Shown in pieces: positions 27,056 through 28,283 of a stretch of 28,283 nucleotides of DNA. Where the stretch lies: the IMG/VR virus record IMGVR_UViG_3300020463_000102, positions 1-28,283 of that record; one strand, 5' to 3'. How positions within the stretch are numbered: position 1 is the stretch's first letter; each line of letters starts with the position of its first letter. The notes under the pieces are model-generated. The model did not search any database, was not told where the DNA came from, and saw only the letters and a list, made by a program, of their open reading frames with translations. The translations under genes were made by a program, and so were the position numbers. This stretch comes from a virus (lineage: Duplodnaviria; Caudoviricetes).

Positions 27056-28283
27056 ATGTCATATACCATTAACCTAACAGATGGTACAATTTTTGCAGTA
27101 GTTGCGGATGGTACTATCAACAGTGACTCAAGCCAAATACTAGTAGGAAAAAACTACGCTGGTTACGGAGAGTTTTTAAATGAAAACTTTATTCGATCAC
27201 TTGAGAATGCAGCAAATACTACCGCACCAGGAGCACCATTAACAGGTCAACTTTGGTACGATAAAACAAACAATGTGATGAAAGTTTATAACGGGACAAC
27301 TTTTAAAGTTATTTCTGCAGCGACTGCATCAACTAGTCAACCAACTTCGAATGTAGCAGGTGACTTATGGTTTGATACAACAAACGACCAACTTAAAGTG
27401 TACAATGGAACTAGTTTTATAACAATTGGTCCTGCTTTTACATCAGGTGAAGGAACATCAGGTGCTATTGTTACAACAATTACAGACAACGTTGCAAGTG
27501 ATCACGTTGTGGTACAAATGTTTGTAAACAACGTTATTGTTTCAATATTTTCAAAAGATGCAACATTTACTCCAGCATCAGCTATTTCAGGATTTGCAAC
27601 TATTGGTCCAGGTTTGAACATGAGTACAACTGTATCAAACGCAGTGTTTAACGGAACTGCAACCAACGCTGATACACTCGATACATTAAACTCAACTTCT
27701 TTTATGAGATCAGATGCGGCCACAAGTAACAACACGAGTATAAGTGTACTTTCAGATACAGGACTTTTCGTTGGTGCAGACAGTGATGCAAAATTATCAG
27801 TAAGCGGAACTGCTATCACACTTGCCAACCAAACATCAGACGGCAATATGCTATTCACTGTTAATGATGGTGGTGTTACCACTACTGCATTAACACTTGA
27901 CGGTGCAACTGCAAACGCAACAATTGCAAAAACTTTAACCATAAACTCAGGAGATGCCGCTACTGGACTCATAAACGGTGGAACCAATGGAGTTGGAAAC
28001 ATTGGTGCAAGTGGACAAGGGTTTAATACAGTTTTTGCTAAAGCAACCACTGCAGAATACGCTGATATGGCTGAGCGTTTTCATGCAGATGCAGAATACG
28101 CTCCTGGAACAATTGTAGAATTAGGTGGGGTAAACGAAATTACACTTGCTGTTGATGAACTAAGTGAAAAAGTTTTTGGTGTTGTGTCAACGCAACCTGC
28201 CTACCTAATGAATGGCTCAGCTGGTTCAAATGTTACACATCCGCCAATTGCTATGAGTGGAAGAGTACCAGTAAATGTTATTG
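27056..28283 (+). CDS. Tail fibre protein with C-terminal Peptidase_G2-type intramolecular chaperone (partial, 3' end outside window)
   Basis: Not in the ORF track. Reads open from ATG 27056: MSYTINLTDG...LVGKNYAGYGEFLNENF...GQLWYD, with a duplicated G.LW.D..N...KVYNGT.F unit. From 28058 it reads YADMAERF.AD..Y.PGT.V..GG..EI...VFGVVS..PAYLMN...IAMSGRVPV. Confidence 0.85.
   Translation, partial: MSYTINLTDGTIFAVVADGTINSDSSQILVGKNYAGYGEFLNENFIRSLENAANTTAPGAPLTGQLWYDKTNNVMKVYNGTTFKVISAATASTSQPTSNVAGDLWFDTTNDQLKVYNGTSFITIGPAFTSGEGTSGAIVTTITDNVASDHVVVQMFVNNVIVSIFSKDATFTPASAISGFATIGPGLNMSTTVSNAVFNGTATNADTLDTLNSTSFMRSDAATSNNTSISVLSDTGLFVGADSDAKLSVSGTAITLANQTSDGNMLFTVNDGGVTTTALTLDGATANATIAKTLTINSGDAATGLINGGTNGVGNIGASGQGFNTVFAKATTAEYADMAERFHADAEYAPGTIVELGGVNEITLAVDELSEKVFGVVSTQPAYLMNGSAGSNVTHPPIAMSGRVPVNVI

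Larger units (their letters stand above)
1..28283. other. Segment of a large myophage genome: late sigma factor plus baseplate/tail-fibre module
   Basis: Contiguous gp53-, gp27-, gp5-, gp25-, gp6-, gp7-like and fibre ORFs with -1 to 51 bp spacing, TAAATA late-promoter cores and a gp55-like sigma. No host housekeeping genes. Confidence 0.92.

Noticed and set aside
1052-28050. Numerous 60-182 aa antisense or alternate-frame ORFs (e.g. 1931-2374, 8181-8693, 27502-28050)
   Set aside because: They lie inside or largely overlap long structural genes and have no recognisable motifs. They are expected shadows of the codon bias. 27502-28050 is antisense to the real fibre gene.
717-28283. Bacterial eCIS/tailocin or T6SS locus rather than phage
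   Set aside because: The adjacent gp55-like sigma, TAAATA promoters, jumbo-phage-sized subunits and absence of host or eCIS ATPase genes favour a phage, although capsid genes are outside the window.

Overview
The window is a piece of a large AT-rich myovirus genome (T4-superfamily, jumbo-phage style). It holds one tightly packed + strand operon of contractile-tail baseplate genes: tube initiator (gp48/54-like, with a long acidic repeat extension), gp53/LysM-like, hub (gp27-like), spike (gp5/VgrG-like), gp25, gp6, a 4532-aa gp7-like giant with an interrupted 7-blade FG-GAP propeller, a 219-aa baseplate/fibre-attachment protein and a partial tail fibre with a Peptidase_G2-type chaperone. Transcribed divergently at the left end is a partial gp55-like late sigma factor with a large insertion. 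The ORF track misses both the sigma gene and the fibre because they run off the window ends. The most novel-looking signal is regulatory: three of five intergenic TAAATA late-promoter cores carry an upstream element (G[TC]A[GC]TT, within AACTACGYASTT-like 12-mers) exactly 11 bp upstream. T4 late promoters have no such element, and the adjacent sigma has an extra ~140-aa domain that could read it. Family assignments come from motifs recognised by eye, not database searches. No tRNA, CRISPR, intein or mobile element was seen.
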